In this document: positions 11,874 through 23,213 of the stretch, one piece after another
Layout of the letters: the number at the start of each line of letters is the position of its first letter
How positions within the stretch are numbered: the first letter of the stretch is position 1
NCBI GenBank assembly: GCA_030295235.1
Contig: AP026169.1
Location: forward strand, 1-64,000
Origin: Fistulifera solaris
Lineage: Eukaryota
Direction: 5' to 3'
DNA length: 64,000 nt
Translations under genes and position numbers: made by a program
Notes under the pieces: generated by a model
Databases searched by the model: none
Told to the model about the DNA's origin: nothing
Seen by the model: the letters and a program-made list of their open reading frames with translations, nothing else

Positions 11874-12718
11874 CCTAATCAATTGATGTCTTGTACCTCT
11901 TTACGCCTTTCGCTTTAAACTCTCTTTTCAGCATACGCGACCTTTAGTAATACTGTTTTCGACTATCTCGGCGTCGATTCCGATCAGCATTTAAGACCAT
12001 AATCCAGACCAAAGCTGAAGTCTTAACGCAATCTAGTAAGCCATGCAGCAAGTCTATTGCGGGTTTGTATGCCGCCTGGGGCTGCTATTTATTTAAGGAT
12101 GTGGCGCACTTTTGTTTTTTTAACCGAACTTGGCTGTTTTAAGATTTGTCGATGTACCAGATATCGTGCTATGCTCGTAGGTCCTCCTTCTCTCTAGCCA
12201 ATATTCACTATCAACCGTCTTATGCTCATGCCACCTAAAAAAGTCAATATACTGATTTTGAATTGCATGTGGTTGTGGGAGAGAACGATGGATTTGTGAT
12301 TATTATTTGTGATCGTTCGTGACAGAGTGTGCCTTGGCCACTTCGGTCTTCGGTGTCGATTGTCGATCAAACGCTATGGGACATTTCACATTTTATTCTA
12401 TAGAGTGCACGAACACAAAGAAATGATGATCAGGCCCAATTTAAGAAGCCTACCTGAGAAACTATCATAAGAAAAGTACTTCGTTTTAAAACTCTGATTC
12501 AAGCTGGTTCGTGGATGACGTTTTGAGGTCACTGAAACACATTGAGCACAGCACGGAGAAACAAAGCGGTCATTTTCATGTCCAGTATCATTCTCAGCCC
12601 CTCATTCTTCGATATTATAATCGAACACAACGAACCCGTTAACGCAAACAAAAGCCTCTCAACACAACATCTACGACGTCGTCCAGAGTCGAGGACTGCT
12701 GTTACTTTCACAATAATC

Positions 12719-14455
12719 ATGGGCTTCCTTCGACTTTGCTCTCTGGCTCTTCTTGTCCTGCTGAAAAGCAGCGTATTAAAGGCACTCGAAGTGATAGAAG
12801 TGCCGGCTGCCAGTATGACGAAAAGCGACGGCACAAGTGTCGTCTTTACGACGGAACGCTTCGAGAGCTACGCTTTTATACGCACGGGTGATGAGATCCG
12901 ATTCAGCATTACTACCAATTCGAGTGGTATCTTTACCTTACATGCCAGTATATCGAATCCTTCCGATTTAGGAGCTTTTGCGATTACGAATAGCGAAACG
13001 TCCCAAATTTACGGAGCTTCGGTCAGTTTGCCCGTTTCACAAAGCTGGGATGAATGGCATACCATTACAGTTGACAACATTCGTCTTAGAGAAGGAACAC
13101 ATCCACTGGAGTTGACCGTCATTGAAGGCGGCTGGAAAATACAGTATCTTTATCTCGTTCAAATGGAAGAAGTCGATGTCATCGGTCCTCATCACTACAT
13201 GATTCCTGGAGTTGACTTGATGGATTTTTATGGTATCGAGTATTATCCCTACGAGAAAATTGTTGCAAAAATTGAGCGAGGGGATTGGTTTGCTTACAAT
13301 TTGCCCGTCAAGACCGCCGGAAATTACACATTGCACTTTTGGGTCGCGAGTCCAGAGGGAGGAGGGAGCTTTCGCGTTTTGAATGGCGCCACTAAGAAAC
13401 CATACGCCAGCATTCGAAAATTGCCCATGACTGGCGACTGGTTGGATTGGGCAATTGTTGATGTGCCGGATGTACAACTTATTGCGGGTAATGTTCCCAT
13501 TAATATATCGGTTACCAGCGACGGGTGGAACTTTTGCATGTTGTCGTACGAGTTATACGATCCTGCACACGATCCTATGAATACAGAAACTACTTGTGGA
13601 ACCAACTTAACAACCACAAATATGGCGGTGGGTGCCTCGACGACTTTTGCAGCCGAGACCATTTGCGACAATGAAGGCATTTCCTTCGAAACGAGTTCCG
13701 AAGGTGGCCTGAATATTGGGTGGTTGGACGAAGGCAACTGGGTTGCTTACGATGTGAACCTTGCGACTGCAGGCATCTACGACGTGGGTGTTCGATATTC
13801 TTCGGTTGATGGTGACGGAGGATTCATGCTTTCGAATTTACTCACTGGTACAGTCTATCACGTGCAGCAAGAACTCGAGTCCACGGGAGATTGGCAGGCC
13901 TGGAGTACCCTTCAAAATGCCACAGTGTCGTTACCGAGTGGTATATCTGTAATACAACTGAAGTCGTTAGGAGGTGGCTGGAATCTCCAATCTATTCAAC
14001 TGACGCGAAGAGAAGCAGGAGCTCCAGTGTCGCCTCCGGTTGCTCCACCGGTGCTACGGCCGGCAGAGTCCCCGGTGCAGGCTCCACTAATTCTTGGTCA
14101 AGTACCAGGTGTAGCCCCTGTTGGTATCACGCCTGTTCAAAGTCCGCTTCTTGCTGTACCGGGAATGCCGGTATTAGCCCCAGTTCCGGTACAAATTCCA
14201 GTAAGGCCAGTTGGTCAGGTAATGCCAATACAATCTCCAGTCCCAGCACCGTTGCCGGCGAGACCCTCGAGTACGTTGCCCGTTGTAGTCACCCAAACTG
14301 AGGGTGCTCCTGTCCGATCCCCAACGCCCCTTTTACCAGTGCAGGCGCCGATTCCATTACCAGCTCAATTAATGCCCACAACTCTGTCTCCGCTTCCACT
14401 GCAACCCGTTCTAGTACCCGCTCGAGCACCCTTTATGTCCCCTACTCTGCTGTGA
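12719..14455 (+). CDS. Secreted protein with three CBM6/CBM35-like carbohydrate-binding modules and a Pro-rich tail
   Basis: Signal peptide MGFLRLCSLALLVLL. Three repeats of G(D/N)W..Y...G.Y......S..G.G.F......(TG)DW..W.....L..G...L.....GW(N/K). Pro/Val-rich C-terminus. No catalytic domain seen. Confidence 0.75.
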   Translation: MGFLRLCSLALLVLLKSSVLKALEVIEVPAASMTKSDGTSVVFTTERFESYAFIRTGDEIRFSITTNSSGIFTLHASISNPSDLGAFAITNSETSQIYGASVSLPVSQSWDEWHTITVDNIRLREGTHPLELTVIEGGWKIQYLYLVQMEEVDVIGPHHYMIPGVDLMDFYGIEYYPYEKIVAKIERGDWFAYNLPVKTAGNYTLHFWVASPEGGGSFRVLNGATKKPYASIRKLPMTGDWLDWAIVDVPDVQLIAGNVPINISVTSDGWNFCMLSYELYDPAHDPMNTETTCGTNLTTTNMAVGASTTFAAETICDNEGISFETSSEGGLNIGWLDEGNWVAYDVNLATAGIYDVGVRYSSVDGDGGFMLSNLLTGTVYHVQQELESTGDWQAWSTLQNATVSLPSGISVIQLKSLGGGWNLQSIQLTRREAGAPVSPPVAPPVLRPAESPVQAPLILGQVPGVAPVGITPVQSPLLAVPGMPVLAPVPVQIPVRPVGQVMPIQSPVPAPLPARPSSTLPVVVTQTEGAPVRSPTPLLPVQAPIPLPAQLMPTTLSPLPLQPVLVPARAPFMSPTLL

Positions 14456-14560
14456 TGGAAACCCACGATCGCGATACCTTGCGTAGTCGTCACTCAACAG
14501 TGGCGATTTGCATGATTTTCACAAAACGTTACTATCTCATAACAATACGTTAGAGAAAAA

Positions 14561-15840
14561 TTAATCTCGCGGTTTTTCATCCGTGAACATCTTCACAATC
14601 CGCTGCAATCCGTTATTGTACTTCCAAAGTCCCATAATTTGTTTCGATGTTATAATGTCATGCGCTTGTTCGTGATGCGTTACATCATAAGTTGTTCCGA
14701 ATGCAGCGTAGAAGGGCATTGTGTAGAATGTGGACACGCCCCCGCGAAACTTTGATTTGCCATGATGAGTCGAGTAAATGCGAGCGCGACGCTTTCATCG
14801 GGAGAATTGCGGAGCTCGACTCGAGCTTGAGGAAATTTCTTCTTCAAGTATTGTTGCAATGCATTCAATAAGCGAGGACACCGACGCTTTTTCGAACGGT
14901 CGACCTTGCGAGTCTGGCCACTGAAAGGCTGTGTGACAATACCGATGGACTGCGCTTCTGAAGAGATAAGTTTTGCTAAGGCTGACCACCGAACGTAGTT
15001 ATAATTCGGATGAAAGTGCCGTTCTATGATATCGCCACAACGGAAGTGGATTGCAACGTCATCTATATCGGCATTCGGAAATAGAGGCGAAGCTTCCATT
15101 GGTACCTGCAAATGCTGTTCTCGCAAGTCATCCTTTAAGAAGTGAGCCGCCGGGTGGCCCGCGTAAGGGACTCCGACTATACTCAAAGTCATGCGACGAA
15201 GTTCATACTTGATATCATTAATGATAATGGGTGCATTTTTTGGCTGAAATCTCTCACAGGCATCCGCAAGCACAGACAATTGCTTAGAATCAGATGATGC
15301 GTTACTGGGCTTAAAGGTTCCCATAATCCACGGAAAGACCAAGCTGCTCTTCGTCTCCAGTGCATCTCCACATTCCATCTTCACTTCGACGTTTCCGACT
15401 AAGTGTGCAACAATCCGAATATTATAAATCGTACGGAGTACGTTTCCTGTACCAAACTTGTTCGATTCAAACAAATGAGCACAACTCATTCGAAAAGAGG
15501 TCTGAACAGCAAAACCGGGAGGCGAAGGAAGCTCGTTGGGCGACTTCTTTTCCAGCTTTGCCAGATCGGAGCAAAGCACATTGTGATGCAGCATCATTGA
15601 TTGATGAATAGCTGGTACAATATCGTTCGGTGTGTGGTCGATGACAACATTGGTAGCGTCTATATTGGTGGGCTCTTGCGCATCCGTTGCAGAAGAAAAT
15701 GAAGAATAAAAGTCAGTGAAAGACAAAAGAGTTTGTAGCATAAGGATTCCCAAAACGCAGACCAGAATTCGGATGATCCCAATAGTTCTTTGATGTCGTT
15801 GCTGTTTAGGCACATGGATTAAACTTCCAAAGCCACTCAT
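14561..15840 (-). CDS. Type II membrane protein, GT11/fucosyltransferase-like
   Basis: N-terminal TM helix, FGTGN motif and DVAIHFRCGD (HxRxGD-type motif). Adding one G in the G-run at ~14740 extends the ORF to TAA at 14561-14563. Confidence 0.6.
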
Positions 15841-16126
15841 CTTTGCTCTTATCAAAGGTTCGTTGACGAGCAATTGATGGTTTAAGGTCGACTTAAAAAT
15901 ATGGAGAATGAGAACAATGATGATAAGAACTTCATCGCTTCAATAATTATCGTCGTTTTCATTGGCGCTGCTGCAGGAGATACAGAACACAAAAAAAGCC
16001 ACGATGTCCACGATCCACGATACAAACTCTCGGAGACAAGGACAATGGCATAAGCAAGAAAAGAGTGTGTCAAGTAGAAAATGCACTGGCAATAGAGGCG
16101 CCCACGTCTCGACCCACAGTACTGAG

Positions 16127-17720
16127 TCACTTTTCTCTCTGTTCCTCTTGCAAGGCCAGAAGCCGAGCTATACCGGCATAAGGTTCACATATCCGTGATC
16201 GACACGGCACAAATCCTCGCGAAAACCAGTCAGGATATTCGATCCCAAGGTCCCTAAGTCGTTTCGCAAACCTTTCTTCTTGATCCATCAAATATAGAGC
16301 GAGATCTCCAAATCCTTGCATTCCCGCAATATCGGACGGTAAACAGCCATCCTCATCCGGTCCTATCAGACGCCAGTCAGATTCAAGGCAAAGGACAAAC
16401 TTCACAAACCATTCACAAATATCGCGATTCCCTCGCTGCGCCGCCTTGTGTAATACGCCATGCTGTGCATAATTGACCACGTTCAGAGGACATTCCATGT
16501 TTTGTAATAGTCGAAACGTAGCCACACCGGCTGCACCTTGTGCGGCCCACAAGGCCGCATTGCATCCGTACGAGTTCGAATGATGTACCAATCTTTTTGA
16601 ATCGTCGGTCGATTCAATCAACAGCTGCAGAATGTCCACGTGTCCTTGCCAGGCAGTCCAGTGAAATGCTGTGGTTCCATCCTCCGTCTCAGCATATATA
16701 TCGGCTCCTTGTTGTAGCAAATACTGAACAAGCTGAACGTGACCGTTTCGTGCCGCCCAATGCAATGCCGTCCGACCCGAAAACGATCTCCTTCCGTGTT
16801 GTGCTTGCTGGACGCAACATTCGATATCTTCGACTAAATAACGGACCATTTCCAATCGACCACTCCCGGCGGCCCACATGAGAATTGTGGCGCCGTTCCG
16901 ATCTCTCGCGGTTTCGGGATGGAAGTGCGGATTGTTGATCAAATACTGTTGCAGTTTGCGTAAATTTCCTTCTTTGCATATAACCACGGATTTTCGGATT
17001 GCTCGTTTAACTTGTTCTTTTGTTGGTTGTCGTGTTATCACTGGTAGTGTTGTTCTTTGCAGATAAACAAAGATGACTGAGTGCCGTTCTGTTTTCCTGA
17101 TACACGATGAGAGCGAGCTCATTCTCCAGTGGTGATTGCTGCAATGTGACATGAAACTCTTGTTGATGCTGTTGCAGACAGTGCCAACGCAACCCTTTGA
17201 TACCTTTGAGCCACTCGGCACATTCTGGGCACGGTAACCAACCGTCACTTTCGAGTTGCAACGCACGTTCGGGTGTTGTAATACACACAAAGCCGTGTTC
17301 GATACGCACAATCGGTTTTGTGTCGAACGTAGCACGAAAGAAATCAAACGTACACGTTTCCAGAGAAGGTAATAGCTCTTGGGCTAATTGTTGGGCCGAA
17401 TCAAAGGTCCGTGATACATTCCAAGGCGATACAGCCGTCCATTTTTTCGTTTTGTGATCACGAAATCGTTTCATTAGAGCCGGAAGCGTACGAATTACCA
17501 CGTCGTAGTGCTTATTGGAAGCGATAGAAACGCTTTTGTGACACATTTGAAGAAGTTTCTCTCTCCATTGATTGATTGTTACATTATTAGCGCTTGAATT
17601 ATCGCTACACGTATCGTCGTTTTCTTGTTCGAGTGCGGATCGACCCGCAATTTGAAGTAGGACTGGGTAAACGACTTTTTCCGCTATCAGAGCACCCAAC
17701 TCGTTATGAGAATTACTCAT
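16127..17720 (-). CDS. Ankyrin-repeat protein with an N-terminal C2H2-like zinc finger; frameshifted
   Basis: GATILMWAA, GRTALHWAA and GTTAFHWTA ankyrin repeats in ORF 16127-17347. CPECAEWLKGIKGLRWHCLQQH in the overlapping ORF 17007-17720. Frame switch somewhere in 17010-17100. Confidence 0.75.
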
Positions 17721-18387
17721 TGCTCATTCTGAAATATTGAATAAAAATGCTAACCGCAACTTATAGCTTTGATAGATGATTGAACAAGAGGTAGCGCGTT
17801 GCCAACCAACAACATTGTTATTATTTTGTGTTTAGTGTGTTGCGTTTTTGGTTGGACGGAGTTTTGTGCGGTCAAGGAGGTCAACATTACCCGGGACTGC
17901 GATTATTGCGAGTCGCGGAAAAAGACTGAATTTTTATTGCCGCTAGGAAAATCGGCACAATTTTATTCCTACACAATCGTCAAGATGAACAACGTCAAGA
18001 AAATCATACTCCGTAAGTAAATAATGTGTACCATTCAACTTTATAAGTTTATCTATTATCCAACGGGTGAAAAGGATAGCTTGGATTTCAAATCAATTGA
18101 ATTCGAAAAAGGCAGCTTACTTGAAACATTGTAAAATGTAATATTTCCCTGAAGCAGCATCGAAGCTGCTTACATTGATGATTCTCTAGATGCCTTTCTT
18201 TTAAACTATGAAAATGAGAAGAACTTCCACGTCAGGATTGGATATAACATGGAAAACTAAATGAGTCCCGCTTGTAAAACCAGTATGAACGGGCCAAACC
18301 TCATCGTCACTTTTCCTTCAGCAACACCAATCATCAATACTATAGTATTCACATCGGCAATCCACTCGACGATGAGATCGTAATACG

Positions 18388-18904
18388 ATGATGCAACTCG
18401 ACAAAATCCGTGTAGCCCCTCTTCTGGCTCTGCTCGTAACAAGGGCAATATTGCCTCACTCAAAGACCGCCAATATCAAACTCGATCTCTTTGATCGATA
18501 TCAAGCAAGTCAGAGAGGTCTGTTCTTATGCTATGGCGACCGAATCACTGACATTGTTCAATTGAAGTTGGGCTTGTTCGATGGTTCAACGTTTTGATGT
18601 CTGACGACTATGATGGTTATTCCTTCCGTTCCGTATGTTGTTGTTTGGTCTCAATCATGCCATTTGTTTTACAGAGGGCGTTGAGAGTCATGACATGGGT
18701 CACGTAGACGTGTATGTTTGTTCGGACCCCGATCCTGAACTATGTTGGAAAGATCCGGAGTATTCTTCCATGAGCGGCACAAAAGAGGAGGAGATAAAAA
18801 CAGTGAATGGTCCGAAAGTGTGGTACGTGATGGTTAAAGCAGTCGTGGGCACCTCGTCCTATATGAATCATCGATGTGATGAAAAACGAGCATTCTTTGA
18901 CTGA
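18388..18904 (+). pseudogene. Divergent, disrupted member of the small secreted PPC-like family (copy 1)
   Basis: LFLCYGDRITDIVQL / GHVDVYVC / ELCWKDP / VWYVMVKA / RCDE match copies 2-4. Frame broken at a T-run (~18593) and by a TTCCG duplication (18624-18633). Confidence 0.65.
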
Positions 18905-19431
18905 TAATTCCGTAACGCATAGCCATCCTTGATTCTTCCGCCGAAAGAATTTCATCTCTTGTGTCGGCAGAAAATCGTGTCACAGAATCAAATAGATCCA
19001 ACTTCTTTCTCCTTTGTATGTCGCACTCAAACGAACCCACGCTACTAGGATATCAGTAAAGCACCTCCAATTGATTCTTATTGTGCATGTCATCGGGCAT
19101 GCTTACTAGGAGAGAGACGGCCCGCAGCCAACAGCTAGCACACAAGCGCATCAGAAATGCCACGTTTGCATTACCGTTGACTTTTCTGTATCATCTGTAC
19201 CGTACATCTTCGGAAAAGGCTTCTCCTTCTGTAGATTCTCATTGACAATATAGTCGATGGATGAGCATTCAACGTGGCTTACGTCATCCTTACAAAGTTT
19301 GCTACGTCACATTGACGACAAAGATTGCGCGTCCCTCTAGTGATGAGACAAGTTCCGTTACGTCGCTCCTTTCTCATTCCTTTTTCGCAATCTTTCATTC
19401 ATTCGAATAAGAAGATTGTATTATTTCCATC

Positions 19432-20874
19432 ATGCGAATTTCTTCTTCTTCTTATTCTTCTTTCTATTGCGTCCTCCTGTTGTTGCCGGCATGCATCGCG
19501 GCCAGCCCTCCCAAGTCGCGGTCGCTCCGCCGGCAACTTCGACGACGATGACACCGACGAAGAATTCTCCTTTGCAGAAAGTTCAAGCGGTCGTCCCTCC
19601 CATCGGCACTACTGTTTCGTCGACCGACAACAGTCCCACTACGTATGCTTTCATGAAGCGCCCCTCTGCGGATTCTGGAATGCGTTACAGCAGTAACGAC
19701 TGGTTTATTACTTTGCTTGCAACACCGACTTCTTACATCTTGCGTCGCATCGGAAGTCACTTTCTCTTCAATTTAATGATCAGTATTGCCGTCGCGTATG
19801 CTTCAATTCGTTATCCGGATATCAATTTATCAATTCCCATGGTCGGACACAATCTCTTGGGTTCGTCGCTCGGTCTGCTGTTGTCGTATCGCACGAACTC
19901 GGCGTATGCACGCTTCTGGGAGGCACGCGGATACTGGACGCAATGCAAATCGACTTGCCGCAACTTGGCGACTATGATGCAATCCTACATATCGCATCAT
20001 TCCCCAAAGTCTGCAGAAAAGTTCTTGGTCTATTTAGCTGCCTACCCTCTCGCTCTTATGGTACGAAGAATGCTCGAGTATAATCCGTTGAAACATTCCC
20101 CTTTCACTTAAGCCTTTCCTTTCACTGACCCTACCCCTAAAACAGCACCTTTGTCTTGGTGGGCACGCCATCCTGTCGGAACAAGTGCAAAAACTGATTC
20201 CACAGCCCGCGTATCCTGAACAATTCTACGAGAGCCCTTCCTTGCCGGCAATCTTATTGGGCCGTGAATTGCACAACTTGTTGCGCCAGGCGGCCGACGA
20301 ATCGCCCACCAGTCAACGACACTTGGTGGAAGCCAAGCACTTGTGCGAATGCAGTCACATGGTGGATAGTTTAATCAGTAGTATGTCGAGCTGTGAAAAG
20401 ATCTTGCGTACGCCTGTGCCGTGGACGTATTCGCGACACACGTCGCGCTTCCTGACGCTTTGGATGGGCACTCTCCCTTTGCTCTCGTCGGTACGGTCAA
20501 GCCTTTCATGATTGTAGCCGTGGTAGCTGCAACGTCCTTTTGCATGTTCGGAATTGAAGGTAAGTACATAGACGTCGCGGACAACTCACGTTCAATCGCG
20601 TTGCTAACCAATTAACTTTAACCATGCGTCGCGCGGGTTTTGGCTTTTATCAATAGAGCTGGGCCATTTGATAGAGCAACCGTACCTCGGTGATCCACTG
20701 GGAAGCGATGATATGTTTGTGGCAGGTCGAATGGAAAATGGTAAACTGACGGATTTAATGGAGCGCGGTCAGAAGACTCGTCCATACGATATTGGTATTC
20801 CGGTCTGCTCTTTGGCGGTACAAATACGCAAGGAAGTGCAGTTGATTGCTTCTATTGGAGGTAAGAAGCATTAA
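19432..20874 (+). CDS. Bestrophin-family (UPF0187/VCCN-like) anion channel
   Basis: LLLSYRTNSAYARFWEARG, CEKILRTPVPWTYSRHTSRFL and FGIEELGHLIEQP motifs. Introns 20061-20145 and 20560-20656. Homopolymer shifts at ~19507 and ~20479. Start codon inferred from a signal-peptide-like MRISS...CVLLLLPACIA. Confidence 0.88.
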
Positions 20875-21039
20875 AAGGAAGAAAGACTTTGATCAGAGAC
20901 GAATAGTTTATGGCAACAGGTTTTGAAAGGAGTAGTGCTTAGATTCGAGAACCGGTGTGACTACGGATTTATACCGGGTATAGTCAACTTTAACCCTACT
21001 GATATGAAAATGGTTCATTTGTTTTTACTACGTAATAGA

Positions 21040-21515
21040 TTACGGTAGGGGCAAGTTCTCGTCGCATCGGACTGAGAACGAAGTCGGCGCCAAGCCCGCC
21101 TTGACGATCACATACCAGGTTTGCGCTCCTACAATCGTAGCAACAGATTCGCTAGTACCACTTTCGGTCGAGGAATCGTGTGGGTTTTCCATGCAGGCGC
21201 CGGCATCGGAGGTATCGCAAATGAACAAATCGACATCGCCGTTGTCGCCTCCTGTAGTGACGCATTCGGCGATGTTCGTTTCTGTGGTCACGGTGAACGA
21301 ATAGCGACGAAAAGGTTCGCACCCAACACAGACGTTCTGGTGGCTTGACCGTCGTTCAGTTTGACGATATCAAAGTCTTCTCCCAAACACAGAAACTGGT
21401 TCCGGCGCCCACCAAACAAATTCATGTCGATGGCTGAGCTTTGGCCTAAAGAAAGGGCCAAACTTGACAGCATCAAAGCAAAGAAAGTGGAACCACAAGT
21501 CCTGTTGAAAGTCAT
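21040..21515 (-). CDS. Small secreted Cys-containing PPC-like protein (copy 2)
   Basis: Signal peptide plus LFGGRRNQFLC, DIVKLNDG, RRYSFTV, GDVDLFIC, TWYVIVKA and RCDE. One missing T at ~21311 joins the two ORFs. Confidence 0.8.
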
Positions 21516-21968
21516 GGTCTCGGTTGAATGTTTTGGTAGAAGAATCGATGACCTTTTTCTTCAGCAAGTATCTGGTAGAATTATTATGAGATGAGATTCA
21601 AATGATCGATGCATTCTTCGGTCTCCGATGCCGGCAGAAAACGGCACATTTTTGTTTTCGGTTTTCGGTGAAACTTACGTAAACGCCCAATGCGTTGGCT
21701 CGGTCATCGATGATTTCGTTCTGTACAGACTTGCCCGAGTTTCAGGATCTTCAGGATTCAGGATGCTTCATTTTTTTAATAAAAAGCAAAAAACTCTACT
21801 GGTAGCCTACAGTCTACAGAATGTACCAAAAGTTACTCCGTTTTATTTTTACGACCTGTAATTCTGAATTCTACCCCGTATCCGTCACATGAGTCGTCGT
21901 TGTCAACGTTTTCAATCGCCTGCGTCCAGTCGTCAGTCGTCAGTCTTAGGAGCGGGGATAGCAGTCAC

Positions 21969-22516
21969 TATAGTTCGTCATAAACATGTTTATGAAAAAT
22001 CGTATGCAGTTTATGCAAGTTTATTCAGTTTATTGTCTGTCCCTCGTCCCGCTCGCACCAGCAGAGGTTATCCCGTCTTCAATGATTTTAGACATATCTA
22101 AGTATGTTAAATTGCTCCACATTTGAATGGTCAACAACTATTTTGATGGTGGCTTTGAATGTTGGACGAATTTATGCACCTTTTCTACTTTTTAACATCA
22201 TATCTATATTTTGCGGTCTTTTGGTTGATCAGCAACCCGGCTAACCAAAGCACAACGAATAATTTTTAGGACATTCAAGCTTTCCAAGTTGTTTGTGTTG
22301 CCGTTGTTTAGCTGGTTCAATGCTCAGGGCTTAAAAACCATGTTTAGGTTGCTCTGTAATAATTCACGCATGCAAACAATGCACGCACAAACCCGTACCA
22401 CGGACAGACGCTAAAGGCATAAACATGTTTATGAAAAATCGTAAACGAATAAACACGTTTATAAACCGTTTAAACAGTTTATGTTTATTGACCAAATAAA
22501 CACGTGCCGAACTATA
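21969..22516. mobile_element. MITE / non-autonomous DNA transposon, 548 bp
   Basis: TIR TATAGTTCGTCA / TGCCGAACTATA (11 of 12 match). 8-bp TSD GCAGTCAC (21961-21968 and 22517-22524). Subterminal TAAAC/GTTTA arrays and a duplicated CATAAACATGTTTATGAAAAATCGTA at both ends. Confidence 0.82.
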
Positions 22517-22759
22517 GCAGTCACTACTTGTAGATACTTCTCTACGTAAACGGGCCATGGAGCAAGCGGCATGGCGCCTGGCCACATGGCCACCGAAGTG
22601 TCGCCCTAAAGATGTTTCATGGTTCATGATTCGAAATTGAAGAGTTTGCTGGAACAAATCAACGGCTGCATCAGTGCTGTGTATGATACGAAGAACCAAT
22701 CTAACTTATATTTTTCAGCAAGTTAATTGTTTTATACACTGCCATTACTCGCTGGTAAC

Positions 22760-23213
22760 TTAGAAGAGAGGAACCTCGTTACACGTGATCGTGTATTCAG
22801 AGACTTCGGGCTGCGCTTTGACAATGATGTACCAAGTTCTTTTTCCGCCAGCAGTAAAAACGGTTTCAGAGCTACTTTTTTGGGTTGCGCGACTCATGTT
22901 GGGGGTTTTGAATACACTCTTCTCCATCGGGATCCTCACAAACGAACAGATCAATGTCACCCGATCCAGTTGTCGTGCATTCAGCTTTGCTTAGACTTTC
23001 CTGGACGTAGAAGGAGTAGCGACGGAAAAGGTTTGCGGCGAGAATGCCACTCTTAGGCTCACCATCGTTCAACTTGACAATGTCAGAGTTTCTTCCGAAG
23101 CACAAGAACTGGTTTTCGCGTCCTCCGAAGAGGTTCGAGTCGACGCCGTAACTCTGACCCATGGAGAGGGCAAAGAGAGTCGTCATGAGAGCGAAGATGT
23201 TGAAAGAGGTCAT
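22760..23213 (-). CDS. Small secreted Cys-containing PPC-like protein (copy 3)
   Basis: Signal peptide plus LFGGRENQFLC, RRYSFYV, GDIDLFVC, TWYIIVKA and TCNE. One extra A in the run at 22876-22881. Confidence 0.8.
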
